Positions 42,876 to 56,848 of a stretch of 64,000 bases of DNA are shown here, piece by piece (within the stretch, counting starts at the first letter, position 1; each line of letters opens with the position of its first letter). Made by a program: the position numbers and the translations under genes. Below the pieces are notes generated by a model. The model ran no database searches, was not told the DNA's origin, and saw only the letters and a program-made list of their open reading frames with translations. The stretch is from the NCBI GenBank assembly GCA_963667565.1, contig OY763415.1:1408001-1472000 (forward strand), given 5' to 3'. This DNA comes from Acholeplasmataceae bacterium (lineage in GTDB: Bacteria > Bacillota_I > Bacilli_A > Acholeplasmatales > Acholeplasmataceae).

Positions 42876-43811
42876 TTATTTAAAGTTACCTAATACATAA
42901 TGAAATGCGCCAATCATGCCGGCGTCATTACCAGTTGTAGCAAGTAAAAACGGAATATCTCCAGTATTAAATCTTGAATGTTTCTTATAATAAGTTTCTA
43001 TCAAATCTAATAAATAGTTTCCTGCTTTAGAAATGCCCCCACCAATAATAAATACATCAGGTTCAATTGTGATTGCTAAATTAACTGCTGCTATCGCTAA
43101 ATGTTCTGCAACTCTGTTTACAGTATTGACTGCCGCTTGATCCTTTGCTTTCGCTGCATCAAATACATCTTTAACTGTAAATTGATCATTTAAAATAGAA
43201 CCTATTTGTTGTTTTTGTTTAGCTGCGAAATCTAAAATACCTTTAGTTCCACACACTTGTTCCAAACATCCATGTGCGCCACAACCACACACTTCATCAG
43301 TTTCGAAAACTTTGATGTGCCCGACTTCCCCTCCTAGCCCTGTTTTACCTTCAATAATTTGAGAGTTTAAAATAATACCCCCACCAACTCCTGTGCCTAA
43401 TGTGAATAGCACGGCACTATCATATGGTTTAATTAAACTTTTGTTTTCTCCTAATGCTGCCAAAGTCGCATCATTTCCTACTTTTACAACAATGTGCTCT
43501 GGTAGAATTTGATGGAAGTTTTCAACTAAATCAAACTCACAAAAGTCTAAATTTGCACATGTTGAAACATACCCGTTTTTTGTTGGGCAAGGTATTGCTA
43601 AACCAATACCAAAAACATCATCCATTGAAATGTTTTCAGAAGCGTTCATACGATTCATTTCTTGATATATAGTATCAAAAATTGTTTTTACATGGTCATC
43701 TTTTGGTGTTGGAACTTCTTTTTTTAGTATTAAAATACTTTTATCAATTGAAAAAAGTCCAATTTTAATAAATGTACCACCAACATCTACACCATAAATA
43801 TATTGATTCAT
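42876..43811 (-). CDS. ROK family sugar kinase (glucokinase-like)
   Basis: GVDVGGT, NDA, TLGTGVGGG, GEVGH, CGCGAHGCLE, IGGGIS; start at ATG 43811 after AAAGGAG. Confidence 0.92.
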   Translation of the reverse strand: MNQYIYGVDVGGTFIKIGLFSIDKSILILKKEVPTPKDDHVKTIFDTIYQEMNRMNASENISMDDVFGIGLAIPCPTKNGYVSTCANLDFCEFDLVENFHQILPEHIVVKVGNDATLAALGENKSLIKPYDSAVLFTLGTGVGGGIILNSQIIEGKTGLGGEVGHIKVFETDEVCGCGAHGCLEQVCGTKGILDFAAKQKQQIGSILNDQFTVKDVFDAAKAKDQAAVNTVNRVAEHLAIAAVNLAITIEPDVFIIGGGISKAGNYLLDLIETYYKKHSRFNTGDIPFLLATTGNDAGMIGAFHYVLGNFK

Positions 43812-43891
43812 ATTTGCTCCTTTGTTTCGAACATTAATTTTACAAAAATTATTATAACATACATATATATGTATGACAATTGAGAAAAACA

Positions 43892-43921
43892 AAAAAGCAA
43901 AACTTAAATGTTTTGCTTTTG
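43892..43921 (-). terminator. terminator after MarR gene
   Basis: AAAAGCAAAAC..GTTTTGCTTTT hairpin. Confidence 0.75.
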
Positions 43922-43926
43922 ACTCA

Positions 43927-44364
43927 TTAATACTTATTTTTGAAGTAATTGCTGATGTTTTCTAGTGATTTCACTAAAACTTCATCTTCATCAATTTTTA
44001 AATCATCTATGATTGAAGAAAGCATATCTTCATGGAATAAATCATGAATTGCTAAGACTTTCATTGCAGAATCGTTGAGTTGAAGATATACTTTTCTTCG
44101 ATCGTTTTCATCTCTATATCTATCAACAAATTCTTTTTTAACTAAAACATTCACTGAAGTTGTTAATGTTCCTAATGTAATTCTCAATCTTTGAGCAACA
44201 TTTCCCATTGTAGGAACTTCTGTGTTTCTTATGGCTTCAAGTACATGCACTTCTGTCATTGACAATTTAACACCTTGTTTTTTCAAAGTGTCAGCTTCTA
44301 TACTTAATATTTGATTAAATACTTCAACTAATAACTCGTTTATGAGTTGTTTAGCTTGTGCCAT
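43927..44364 (-). CDS. MarR family regulator, FabT-like
   Basis: INELLVEVFNQIL..E, SMTEVH, ITLGTLTTS, DRRKV, HDLFH parallel streptococcal FabT; start ATG 44364 after GAGGAGG. Confidence 0.85.
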   Translation of the reverse strand: MAQAKQLINELLVEVFNQILSIEADTLKKQGVKLSMTEVHVLEAIRNTEVPTMGNVAQRLRITLGTLTTSVNVLVKKEFVDRYRDENDRRKVYLQLNDSAMKVLAIHDLFHEDMLSSIIDDLKIDEDEVLVKSLENISNYFKNKY

Positions 44365-44377
44365 GTGATCCCTCCTC

Positions 44378-45226
44378 TTATAAATTAATGTATCCAACAG
44401 CCAACGTACCTGGACCAGCATGCGCACCAACAACTGGTGTCAGTGGTACTAAAGTGATCTCAACTTCTGGATTATAATCTAATAAAATTTGTTTTAATTC
44501 TTCAGCTTTTTGTTTATTATTTGTATATGCTATAAATATTATAACATTTTTTCCTTGTATTTCATTATTCACTACTTCAATTAATCTACTTTGTGCTTTA
44601 TTTGTTGTTCGTATTTTTTCAAAAGGTACGAGTGATCCATCTTTTTGAATATGTAGTAATGGTTTAATCTTCAACAATGTCCCTATAAAACCGTTTGCAG
44701 CAGATAATCTACCATTCTTAACTAAATACTTTAAAGTATCTACCAAAACATAAATTGTAATATGATCTCTAATTCTTTCTAAAAAATCAATAATTTCAAT
44801 AGCATTCTTTCCTGCTTTAATCATTTCAATGGCTTTGATAATCATATAGGCTTCCCCGTAGGAGACACTTCTAGAATCTAAAACAAAAATATTTAATCCC
44901 TCTACCATTTCTTTAGCTAATAAAGCACCTTGATATGTACCACTTAATTTGGATGAAATAACAACAACTATAACATCTTTATATCCTTCTTCTTTTAATT
45001 CTTCATAAATTTGAGCAATTTTTCCTGTTGATGTTTGTGATGTAGAAACATCAATATCTGGATTTGACTCTATGACGTTATAGAACTTCTCAGCGGTAAT
45101 ATCAACATAATCTTCATATTCCTGACCACCAAGATTAAGTGTAGATCTTATTAACTTTACAGGATAATCTAGATCTAAATAATCCACACCGCTGTTACCA
45201 CAAACGACTAATCCAATTTTATTCAT
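44378..45226 (-). CDS. DegV/FakB fatty acid-binding protein
   Basis: STSQ, ISSKLSGTY, DSRSVS, LKYLVKNGRL, LKIKPLL, VGAHAGPG. Confidence 0.93.
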   Translation of the reverse strand: MNKIGLVVCGNSGVDYLDLDYPVKLIRSTLNLGGQEYEDYVDITAEKFYNVIESNPDIDVSTSQTSTGKIAQIYEELKEEGYKDVIVVVISSKLSGTYQGALLAKEMVEGLNIFVLDSRSVSYGEAYMIIKAIEMIKAGKNAIEIIDFLERIRDHITIYVLVDTLKYLVKNGRLSAANGFIGTLLKIKPLLHIQKDGSLVPFEKIRTTNKAQSRLIEVVNNEIQGKNVIIFIAYTNNKQKAEELKQILLDYNPEVEITLVPLTPVVGAHAGPGTLAVGYINL

Positions 45227-45247
45227 ATATACTTTCTCCTTCAAATT

Positions 45248-45262
45248 ATTTGAATTTCAAAT
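45248..45262. promoter_or_regulatory. FabT-type operator palindrome
   Basis: ATTTGA-ATT-TCAAAT perfect inverted repeat between putative -10 and the degV RBS. Confidence 0.6.
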
Positions 45263-45296
45263 GTTTGTATATATATAATAACATATATTTATTAAA

Positions 45297-45974
45297 TTAA
45301 TCAAAATTTGCAATATTTTCTAGTTGAAATTTTGCACTTTCTTTATTTTCGTTGCTGATATGCAATTCTAAAAACTGAACGAGTTTATTCACTTCTAATT
45401 GATTATATTTAATATGATCAATCATTGAGATATCTAAGTCATCATTGAATTCTGGTTTATAAATTAGAACATAATTAATAACTTTAATTTTATTTGATAC
45501 ATTATTACTAATGATTTGTCTATAACTAATAGATTCTTGGAGTTTTTTTGTATATCTCTCTTCACTTCTTCTTTCATCTTGATTAAACATCCCAAACTCT
45601 AAAACAACTATAAGACGATCAATGATCAGTAAGTAATCAGAACGCATGTGGTTACCAAAAACTACAGGATATTCCATAATAATGCTAAGATTCTCAGTAT
45701 TTACACCTTTTTTATATAAATTAAATAATGTTCTTCTCAATAAAACTGTAGTATCAAACCAAGTGATGACTTCTTCATCTTTCAGGGGAAAAATAGATAT
45801 CTTCTTATCATAAAATCTTTGTTTAAATTCTATAAAATATATAAGTTTATTATATTTGGTAACTCTATTTTTTAATAATTGTTTTTCGATTTTCCAATTT
45901 ATTTGTTCTGTAAAGTCTGTAAATTTTAAAAATTCACTAAAACTATCAAACTGATATAAGCATTTTATTTTCAC
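45297..45974 (-). CDS. hypothetical protein with PD-(D/E)XK-like nuclease fold motifs
   Basis: IIMEY..MRSDYLLI..LIVVLEFG; GTG start 6 nt after GAGGTG; very AT-rich. Confidence 0.6.
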   Translation of the reverse strand: MKIKCLYQFDSFSEFLKFTDFTEQINWKIEKQLLKNRVTKYNKLIYFIEFKQRFYDKKISIFPLKDEEVITWFDTTVLLRRTLFNLYKKGVNTENLSIIMEYPVVFGNHMRSDYLLIIDRLIVVLEFGMFNQDERRSEERYTKKLQESISYRQIISNNVSNKIKVINYVLIYKPEFNDDLDISMIDHIKYNQLEVNKLVQFLELHISNENKESAKFQLENIANFD

Positions 45975-46028
45975 ACCAATCACCTCTTATGATAATAGTA
46001 GATTCATGACAAAATTGCTTATTTAAAT

Positions 46029-46059
46029 AAAAAAAACACATAATTATATATATGTGTTT
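46029..46059 (-). terminator. terminator of rrn-tRNA transcript
   Basis: AAACACATA..TATGTGTTT hairpin plus T-run downstream of tRNA-Phe. Confidence 0.7.
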
Positions 46060-46091
46060 ATATCTATTGTTTTCAATAATTAGTATCTAGA

Positions 46092-46167
46092 TGGTGGCTC
46101 CGGGCAGAATCGAACTGCCGACACAAGGATTTTCAGTCCTTTGCTCTACCGACTGAGCTACAGAGCC
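46092..46167 (-). tRNA. tRNA-Phe(GAA)
   Basis: Cloverleaf, anticodon GAA, encoded CCA. Confidence 0.96.
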
Positions 46168-46174
46168 AAATGAA

Positions 46175-46250
46175 TGGCGGTCCGGACGGGATTTGAACCC
46201 GCGATCTCCTGCGTGACAGGCAGGCATGTTGACCCCTACACCACCGGACC
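46175..46250 (-). tRNA. tRNA-Asp(GTC)
   Basis: Anticodon GTC, encoded CCA. Confidence 0.96.
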
Positions 46251-46256
46251 TAATTT

Positions 46257-46333
<77 letters not shown>

Positions 46334-46369
46334 CAATAAAATCTATATTAATTAGGTAAAATACTCAAA

Positions 46370-46460
46370 TGGCGGAGGAAGAGGGATTCGAACCCCCGCG
46401 CCTTTTACAGCCTGTCGGTTTTCAAGACCGATCCCTTCAGCCGGACTTGGGTATTCCTCC
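46370..46460 (-). tRNA. tRNA-Ser(TGA)
   Basis: Anticodon TGA, long variable arm. Confidence 0.95.
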
Positions 46461-46503
46461 ACTATTATAACATACTATTAAATTTTGATACTAATTTGAA
46501 AGT

Positions 46504-46580
46504 TGGTGGACCCGGTAGGACTCGAACCTACGGCCGACCGGTTATGAGCCGGTAGCTCTAACCAACTGAGCTACGGGTCC
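46504..46580 (-). tRNA. tRNA-Ile2(CAT, lysidine)
   Basis: CAT anticodon; GGACCC acceptor stem and cluster position match Firmicute Ile2. Confidence 0.85.
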
Positions 46581-46584
46581 TAGC

Positions 46585-46661
46585 TGGTAGCGGCGGGGGG
46601 GATCGAACCCTCGACCTCACGGGTATGAGCCGTGCACTCTAACCAGCTGAGCTACGCCGCC
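46585..46661 (-). tRNA. elongator tRNA-Met(CAT)
   Basis: CAT anticodon, GGCGGCG acceptor stem. Confidence 0.9.
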
Positions 46662-46737
46662 ATAGAACCTTTTTTTAAAAAAGATTATGTCTACCGCTTA
46701 ACCCAAGCTAAATAAACAATATCATTTTAAACAATAT

Positions 46738-46813
46738 TGGTGGAGCCTAGGGGGATCGAACCCCTGACCTCCTGCGTGCAAGGCAGGCGCTCTCCCAGCT
46801 GAGCTAAGGCCCC
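46738..46813 (-). tRNA. tRNA-Ala(TGC)
   Basis: Anticodon TGC, G3:U70. Confidence 0.96.
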
Positions 46814-46821
46814 TTAAAAAG

Positions 46822-46909
46822 TGGTACCTCGAGTCGGACTTGAACCGACACGGATTCATCATCCACAGGATTTTAAGTCCTGCGTGTCTACCTATTTCAC
46901 CATCGAGGC
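46822..46909 (-). tRNA. tRNA-Leu(TAA)
   Basis: Anticodon TAA, long variable arm. Confidence 0.95.
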
Positions 46910-46917
46910 AAATTTAA

Positions 46918-46993
46918 TGGTGTCCCGTAAAGGACTCGAACCTTTGACACCTTGATTAAAAGTCAAGTGCTCTACCACCTGAGCTAACGGGAC
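46918..46993 (-). tRNA. tRNA-Lys(TTT)
   Basis: Anticodon TTT, encoded CCA. Confidence 0.96.
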
Positions 46994-47000
46994 ATAACGC

Positions 47001-47076
47001 TGGTGCCGAAAACAGGACTTGAACCCGCAACCCCCTGATTACAAGTCAGGTGCTCTACCAGTTGAGCTATTTCGGC
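47001..47076 (-). tRNA. tRNA-Thr(TGT)
   Basis: Anticodon TGT, encoded CCA. Confidence 0.96.
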
Positions 47077-47083
47077 GTAATAA

Positions 47084-47159
47084 TGGTGGGAGTTAACGGG
47101 CTCGAACCGCTGACCCTCTGCTTGTAAGGCAGATGCTCTCCCAACTGAGCTAAACTCCC
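47084..47159 (-). tRNA. tRNA-Val(TAC)
   Basis: Anticodon TAC, encoded CCA. Confidence 0.96.
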
Positions 47160-47189
47160 ATTATTTTTGTTTTTTTTAAAGAGATGTAG

Positions 47190-47297
47190 CCTGGCAACGT
47201 CCTATTTTCGCTCCTTGGAACTATCGTCGGCGCTGAAGTGCTTAACTGCTGTGTTCGGGATGGGAACAGGTGTGACCACTTCGCCATCGTCACCAGA
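47190..47297 (-). rRNA. rrf: 5S rRNA (short, about 108 nt)
   Basis: TCTGGTGACGATGGCGAAG..CACACCTGTTCCCATCCCGAACACAG..TTGCCAGG; ends approximate. Confidence 0.95.
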
Positions 47298-47356
47298 CTT
47301 CTCTCAAAACTAGATAAAAGATTTGTCAAAAGTATTATACATCAATTGCTTATTAA

Positions 47357-50196
<2,840 letters not shown>

Positions 50197-50255
50197 TTAC
50201 AATTGCTTGTTGTTTTCTTTTGACAACTTTTATCTACTTTTCAAAGATCTCTTCA

Positions 50256-50331
50256 TGGTGGAGCTTAGGAGGATCGAACTCCTGACCTCCTGCGTGCAAA
50301 GCAGGCGCTCTCCCAGCTGAGCTAAAGCCCC
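50256..50331 (-). tRNA. tRNA-Ala(TGC), 16S-23S spacer
   Basis: Anticodon TGC, encoded CCA. Confidence 0.96.
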
Positions 50332-50358
50332 ATGTTTTCCAATTTATTAAAATGATAA

Positions 50359-50435
<77 letters not shown>

Positions 50436-50547
50436 ATTTGCTTGGAAAACGTCTTTCAAAACTGAATATGATGAGCATGGTCTAACACGAAGTTAAACCA
50501 TTGTGAGAATTGTTGTGAATACTTTTACGTATTCGCCTTTCTCCTTA

Positions 50548-52063
<1,516 letters not shown>

Positions 52064-52174
52064 ATTTATGTTTTTGTTTTGTTTGTTATAGCTCTTTTTA
52101 TTTCTTTGATTCGCTCATCATCATTCAGTTTTCAAAGACCTTTTCCTCGCACACTTGTTTTCGCGTGCTTTTTA

Positions 52175-52203
52175 ATTCTATCATTATAAAATAACCTTGT
52201 CAA
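52175..52203 (-). promoter_or_regulatory. rrn promoter
   Basis: TTGACA-17 nt-TAGAAT with TG extension; boxA-like TCTTTGAAAACT downstream. Confidence 0.85.
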
Positions 52204-52252
52204 TAAGTTTTATAACTTTGACAAATCTAATTCACAAGGTTTTATAATCAGA

Positions 52253-52337
52253 TGGTGGAGGGGGACAGATTCGAACTGCCGAACCCTGAGGGAACAGATT
52301 TACAGTCTGCCGCGTTTAGCCACTTCGCTACCCCTCC
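52253..52337 (-). tRNA. tRNA-Tyr(GTA)
   Basis: Anticodon GTA, variable arm, encoded CCA. Confidence 0.95.
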
Positions 52338-52464
52338 GATTTTAGGCTTGCCTATATATTCTAACTTATCGTGTTTAAAAAAGCAACAGTTTTATGTTTA
52401 CTTTTTTCACTTTTTTATATTTGATGTTATTTTATGTTTTATTGGTGCTAATAAATGATATATA

Positions 52465-52656
52465 TCATTCATTATTTTCTTTTGATTCAACACTTTTAAC
52501 ACGTTTAAGCAATTCAGCTTTAAATATCATGACTTCTCTGCCACATTTTTCGCATTTCATTTTAACTTCAGCGCCATTTCTTGTAACTAACCAACGATGC
52601 GAACCACAGACGTGTGGTTTTTTCATAATAAGTATATCGCCTAGATTAATTTTCAT
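52465..52656 (-). CDS. DUF951 (YyzM-like) small Zn-ribbon protein
   Basis: GDILIMKKPHVCGS..W..R.GA..KCEKCGR. Confidence 0.88.
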   Translation of the reverse strand: MKINLGDILIMKKPHVCGSHRWLVTRNGAEVKMKCEKCGREVMIFKAELLKRVKSVESKENNE

Positions 52657-53485
52657 GTTTAATCATCCAATTAACTACATCTTCCACATTGTCATCATCA
52701 TTTAAATATATAGTGATTTTTTTATCATTAATTGATACCTTATGTTGATTAAAATATTTTTTTAATATCTTTTCTTGTTTGCCATATTTATGTTCATTTT
52801 TTCGATGAATCATATTTGTTTTTTGTTCTTTTTTTGTAAGCTCTTCTACCTGTCTTACACTGAGTCCATTTGAAACAATTTTTTGTGCTATTTTTTTGAT
52901 TTGATCTTGATCTTGAAGTTTACTTAAAGCACGAGCATGTCCCATGTTGATTTCGTTATGTAAAATCATGTTTTGAACTTCTTGTGGTAAATTTAATAAT
53001 CCTAGAATGTTTGTCACATGTGAACGACTTTTACCTATTTTTTCAGCTAGTTGTGTTTGTGTTAAATTCATGTTTCCCATCACCACTCTATAAGCTTCCG
53101 CTTCTTCAATTGGTGATAAATTTTCACGTTGAAGGTTTTCTGCAAGTGCAATTTCTGCAATTTTCATCTCTTCATATTGTCTAACAATAGCGGGAATTGT
53201 AGTTAAACCTACTTGTTTACATGCTCGATAACGTCTTTCACCTGATACGATTAAGTATCCGTTTGCAACTCTTTTTACAATAATCGGTTGAAATACACCA
53301 TGTTCTCTAATAGATTGTGCGAGTTCATTTATTTTGTCTTGGTCAAAAATCCTTCTTGGTTGAAAAGGATTTGCAATTACATCAGATAGGTTGATTTCAT
53401 CTATAACTTCACCCTCTAAAACGTCATCTACATGATGTTCTTTTAAAAGGTCAACAAAAGTTCTTGCTTTATTATTTTCTTTCAT
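52646..53485 (-). CDS. parB: chromosome partitioning protein ParB/Spo0J
   Basis: NPFQPRR, SGERRYRA, ENLQRENL, GKSRSHV, MGHARAL. Confidence 0.94.
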   Translation of the reverse strand: MKENNKARTFVDLLKEHHVDDVLEGEVIDEINLSDVIANPFQPRRIFDQDKINELAQSIREHGVFQPIIVKRVANGYLIVSGERRYRACKQVGLTTIPAIVRQYEEMKIAEIALAENLQRENLSPIEEAEAYRVVMGNMNLTQTQLAEKIGKSRSHVTNILGLLNLPQEVQNMILHNEINMGHARALSKLQDQDQIKKIAQKIVSNGLSVRQVEELTKKEQKTNMIHRKNEHKYGKQEKILKKYFNQHKVSINDKKITIYLNDDDNVEDVVNWMIKHEN

Positions 53486-54248
53486 TTTGCTTCAAAATCT
53501 CCTTTGCTAAAGATTTATAAAGTTTAGACGCAGGTGCTTTTGGTGCATATGTGATGACTGGCAATCCATAAGTTGGTGCTACTTGTGCAGCAACATTACT
53601 TGTGATAATCGTGTCAAATACACCTTCTTTGAAGTAATTCTTTATTTCGTGTACAATTTCCCAACCAGCTTTTGTTCTTCGATCAAGCATCGTAAGAAGT
53701 ACACCTTCGATTTCTAGCCTCTTATTATTAATTTTTAAATTCTTTTGTACAATTCTAATTGTATTTAATAGTTGAGTTAATCCATCTATTGCTAAAAATT
53801 GACATTGCACTGGAATTAACACCGAGTTAGATGCGTATAATGCGCTTAATGTTAAAAGTCCTAATGATGGAGGACAATCAATAAAAATATAATCATATGA
53901 ATCAATAATTTCATTTAATTTATAACCAAGTTTATATTCTCTATCTTCATCTGTAATCTTTACTTCGATATGAGCAAGCTCAATTGTTGCAGGAATAACA
54001 TCCAAATTGAAATCTTTAAGATGAATGACACAATCTTTAATGTCTTTGACATCCAGTAGTGCATCTGTAATCGTTGAGTATAACATGCTTCTGTTAATGC
54101 CCAAGCTTGTTGTTGTACTCGCTTGTGGATCTAGGTCAACGAGCAAAACCTTTTTGCCTAGCATTCCAATAGCTGCTGAAAGATTAACGCTTGTTGTTGT
54201 TTTTCCAACGCCGCCTTTTTGGTTTGAAATTGCAATGATTTTTCCCAT
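53472..54248 (-). CDS. parA: ParA/Soj ATPase
   Basis: NQKGGVGKTTT, DLDPQ, IDCPPSLG. Confidence 0.94.
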   Translation of the reverse strand: MGKIIAISNQKGGVGKTTTSVNLSAAIGMLGKKVLLVDLDPQASTTTSLGINRSMLYSTITDALLDVKDIKDCVIHLKDFNLDVIPATIELAHIEVKITDEDREYKLGYKLNEIIDSYDYIFIDCPPSLGLLTLSALYASNSVLIPVQCQFLAIDGLTQLLNTIRIVQKNLKINNKRLEIEGVLLTMLDRRTKAGWEIVHEIKNYFKEGVFDTIITSNVAAQVAPTYGLPVITYAPKAPASKLYKSLAKEILKQNERK

Positions 54249-54260
54249 TGGTACACCACC

Positions 54261-54965
54261 TTATAACAATTGTTTTTTTATTGCTTGATACATTCTTGGA
54301 TATTCTAAGACATCTTTATTTTTTCTAATAACCACATGTGATCTAAATCCATAATCCATTGGTAATTCACATGTTTTAACTGATATTATTTCACTTTTTA
54401 GAACTTTAAGTGCATGTAATGATTGATCAATCTCATCTTGATAATTTGATCCTTTAAAGGCAACAAACATATGCTTTTCTTTGACCATAGGTATACCTAA
54501 TTCGAGAATTAAAGGAAGTGAACCTAGTGCTCTTGCAGTAACAACATCAAAACTATTGTGATGATCTTTAGCATAATTTTCGATTCGGTCATAGATTAAT
54601 TTTACATCATTTATTTTTAATTCTTCAAGTAATTCTTTAAGAAAATTAATGCGCTTCCCTAAAGAGTCAATAATTGTGATGTCTAGATGTGGATATATAA
54701 TTTTTAAGGGGATGCTTGGAAAACCAGCACCAGCACCCATATCACATATCGTTTTTACATGATTTAAATTAAGTACATGAATCATCGTTAAAGAATCATA
54801 AAAATGTTTCATATAAACTTCTATCTCTTCTGTGATGCTCGTTAAATTCACCTTTTTATTATATTCAATCAACAAATGATAATAATCCAAAAATTGTTTT
54901 TTTTGATTGTCTGAAAGTTTAATCTCAAAGTCATTTTCGACTTGCTTTATAAATAAATCAAACAT
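54261..54965 (-). CDS. rsmG: 16S rRNA m7G527 methyltransferase
   Basis: [31 protein letters not shown]. Confidence 0.95.
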   Translation of the reverse strand: MFDLFIKQVENDFEIKLSDNQKKQFLDYYHLLIEYNKKVNLTSITEEIEVYMKHFYDSLTMIHVLNLNHVKTICDMGAGAGFPSIPLKIIYPHLDITIIDSLGKRINFLKELLEELKINDVKLIYDRIENYAKDHHNSFDVVTARALGSLPLILELGIPMVKEKHMFVAFKGSNYQDEIDQSLHALKVLKSEIISVKTCELPMDYGFRSHVVIRKNKDVLEYPRMYQAIKKQLL

Positions 54966-56820
54966 GTCTATAAGATCCTGACTCTATATATATTAATAAT
55001 ATAGAAATATCAGCTGGATTTACGCCTGAGATTCTTGAGGCTTGTCCAACGGTAAGTGGTCTAATCTTATTGAGTTTTTCTCGACTTTCAGATGAGATAT
55101 TTCCAATCTTTAAATAATCAATATCTTCAGGAATTAATTTGTGTTCTAAACGTTCCATTTTTTCAGCTTCTCTAGTTGCTTTTTTAATATATCCTTCATA
55201 TTTAATCATGATTTCTACTTGTTCTAACACTTCATTTGAAAAATCATCAGAAATAAAATATTTAATATCTTCGGTATTGATTTCAGGTCTCTTTAATAAG
55301 TTTGCTAATGTCACCGCTTCATAAATCGGTGCTGACCCTCTCTTATTTAAATATTCAAGGTTTTCTTGATTTGGCATGACTCGATATGTCGTGACTTGCT
55401 CCATCAATGAATCAATTTGATGTTTCTTGACTACAAATTTTTGATATTTAGCATCATCAATTAACCCTAATTCTCTACCATAATCCATTAATCTTAAATC
55501 TGCATTGTCATTTCTAAGTAAAAGTCTGTGTTCAGCTCTTGAAGTTAGAAGTCTATAAGGATCTAATACACCTTTTGTAACAAGATCGTCTATTAAAACG
55601 CCAATATATGCTTCGTGTCTTTCAAGAATTAAAGCATTTTTACCTTCTAATTTTAGACTAGCATTGATACCCGCCATAAGCCCTTGACATGCAGCTTCTT
55701 CATAACCACTAGTTCCATTGATTTGTCCTGCACAAAATAAGCCATCAATTTTTTTGGTTTCAAGTGATAGTTTCAATTGTACTGGATTAATCGCATCATA
55801 TTCGATGGCATATGCATATCTAACAATTCTAACATCCTCTAATCCAGGAATTGTCCTAATCATTTGTTCTTGAACATCTCTAGGTAAAGATGTTGAAAAA
55901 CCTTGAACATATAGTTCATCTAAAGACAATGACTCCGGCTCAATAAAAATTTGATGTCGTTGTTTATCACTGAATCTAACCACTTTATCTTCAATCGATG
56001 GACAATATCTAGGACCGACACCTTCGACTACACCCCCATACATAGCTGATTCTTCTAGGTGTTCATTGATAATAGCGTGGGTTTCTTCTGAAGTATGGGT
56101 TAAATAGCAAAACTCTTGCGGATTTTCATCATAATAATGGTTATCAAAACTAAATGTATAATTCATCCCATCTCCGGGTTGTACTGTCATTTTCAATGTA
56201 TTTATGCTATCTTTAGCAATACGTTGAGGTGTCCCAGTTTTAAGTCTAATTACTTCAAATCCTAAATCTTTTAATTGTTTACTAATGCCGAATGTTGTTG
56301 GTTCTCCACCTGGTCCACTAAGAGTCTTTTCTTTTCCTATTAATATATTACTGCTTAAATATGTACCTGTAGTTAGCGTAAGTGTTTTCCCTAATATAGT
56401 TTCTCCAGTTGTTAAAACAACACCTTTGATTTGATGATTTTCAATAATCATATGATCTACAAGTGCTTCTAACAAAGTTAAATGCGGTGTGCTTTTCAAT
56501 ACCTCTAACATGATTTTTGGATATGCAAGTTTATCTATTTGTGCACGAAGTGCTCTTACTGCAGGTCCCTTTGATGCGTTTAACATCTTCATCTGAATTT
56601 GTGCTTTGTCAGCACTTTTTGCCATTTGACCACCTAATGCGTCGATTTCTCTAACAACGATACCCTTAGCAGGACCGCCAATTGATGGGTTACAAGGCAA
56701 AGAAGCAACCTTATCCAGGTTGCCTGTAATTAATATTGTATTCTTATTCATTCTTGCCATCGCTAGTGCTGCTTCAACACCTGCATGACCCGCACCTACA
56801 ATGATGCCATCATAAATCAT
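54958..56820 (-). CDS. mnmG: tRNA uridine-5-carboxymethylaminomethyl modification enzyme
   Basis: [41 protein letters not shown]. Confidence 0.97.
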   Translation of the reverse strand: MIYDGIIVGAGHAGVEAALAMARMNKNTILITGNLDKVASLPCNPSIGGPAKGIVVREIDALGGQMAKSADKAQIQMKMLNASKGPAVRALRAQIDKLAYPKIMLEVLKSTPHLTLLEALVDHMIIENHQIKGVVLTTGETILGKTLTLTTGTYLSSNILIGKEKTLSGPGGEPTTFGISKQLKDLGFEVIRLKTGTPQRIAKDSINTLKMTVQPGDGMNYTFSFDNHYYDENPQEFCYLTHTSEETHAIINEHLEESAMYGGVVEGVGPRYCPSIEDKVVRFSDKQRHQIFIEPESLSLDELYVQGFSTSLPRDVQEQMIRTIPGLEDVRIVRYAYAIEYDAINPVQLKLSLETKKIDGLFCAGQINGTSGYEEAACQGLMAGINASLKLEGKNALILERHEAYIGVLIDDLVTKGVLDPYRLLTSRAEHRLLLRNDNADLRLMDYGRELGLIDDAKYQKFVVKKHQIDSLMEQVTTYRVMPNQENLEYLNKRGSAPIYEAVTLANLLKRPEINTEDIKYFISDDFSNEVLEQVEIMIKYEGYIKKATREAEKMERLEHKLIPEDIDYLKIGNISSESREKLNKIRPLTVGQASRISGVNPADISILLIYIESGSYRHV

Positions 56821-56848
56821 ATAATCACTTTCTTTTGCTTAAATTTTA

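Noticed and set aside
45240..46092. Genomic island integrated at tRNA-Phe
   Set aside because: No duplicated tRNA 3' end, integrase or transposase visible; only one gene
46662..46737. Possible tRNA pseudogene in the Ala-Met spacer
   Set aside because: No acceptor stem, T-loop or CCA
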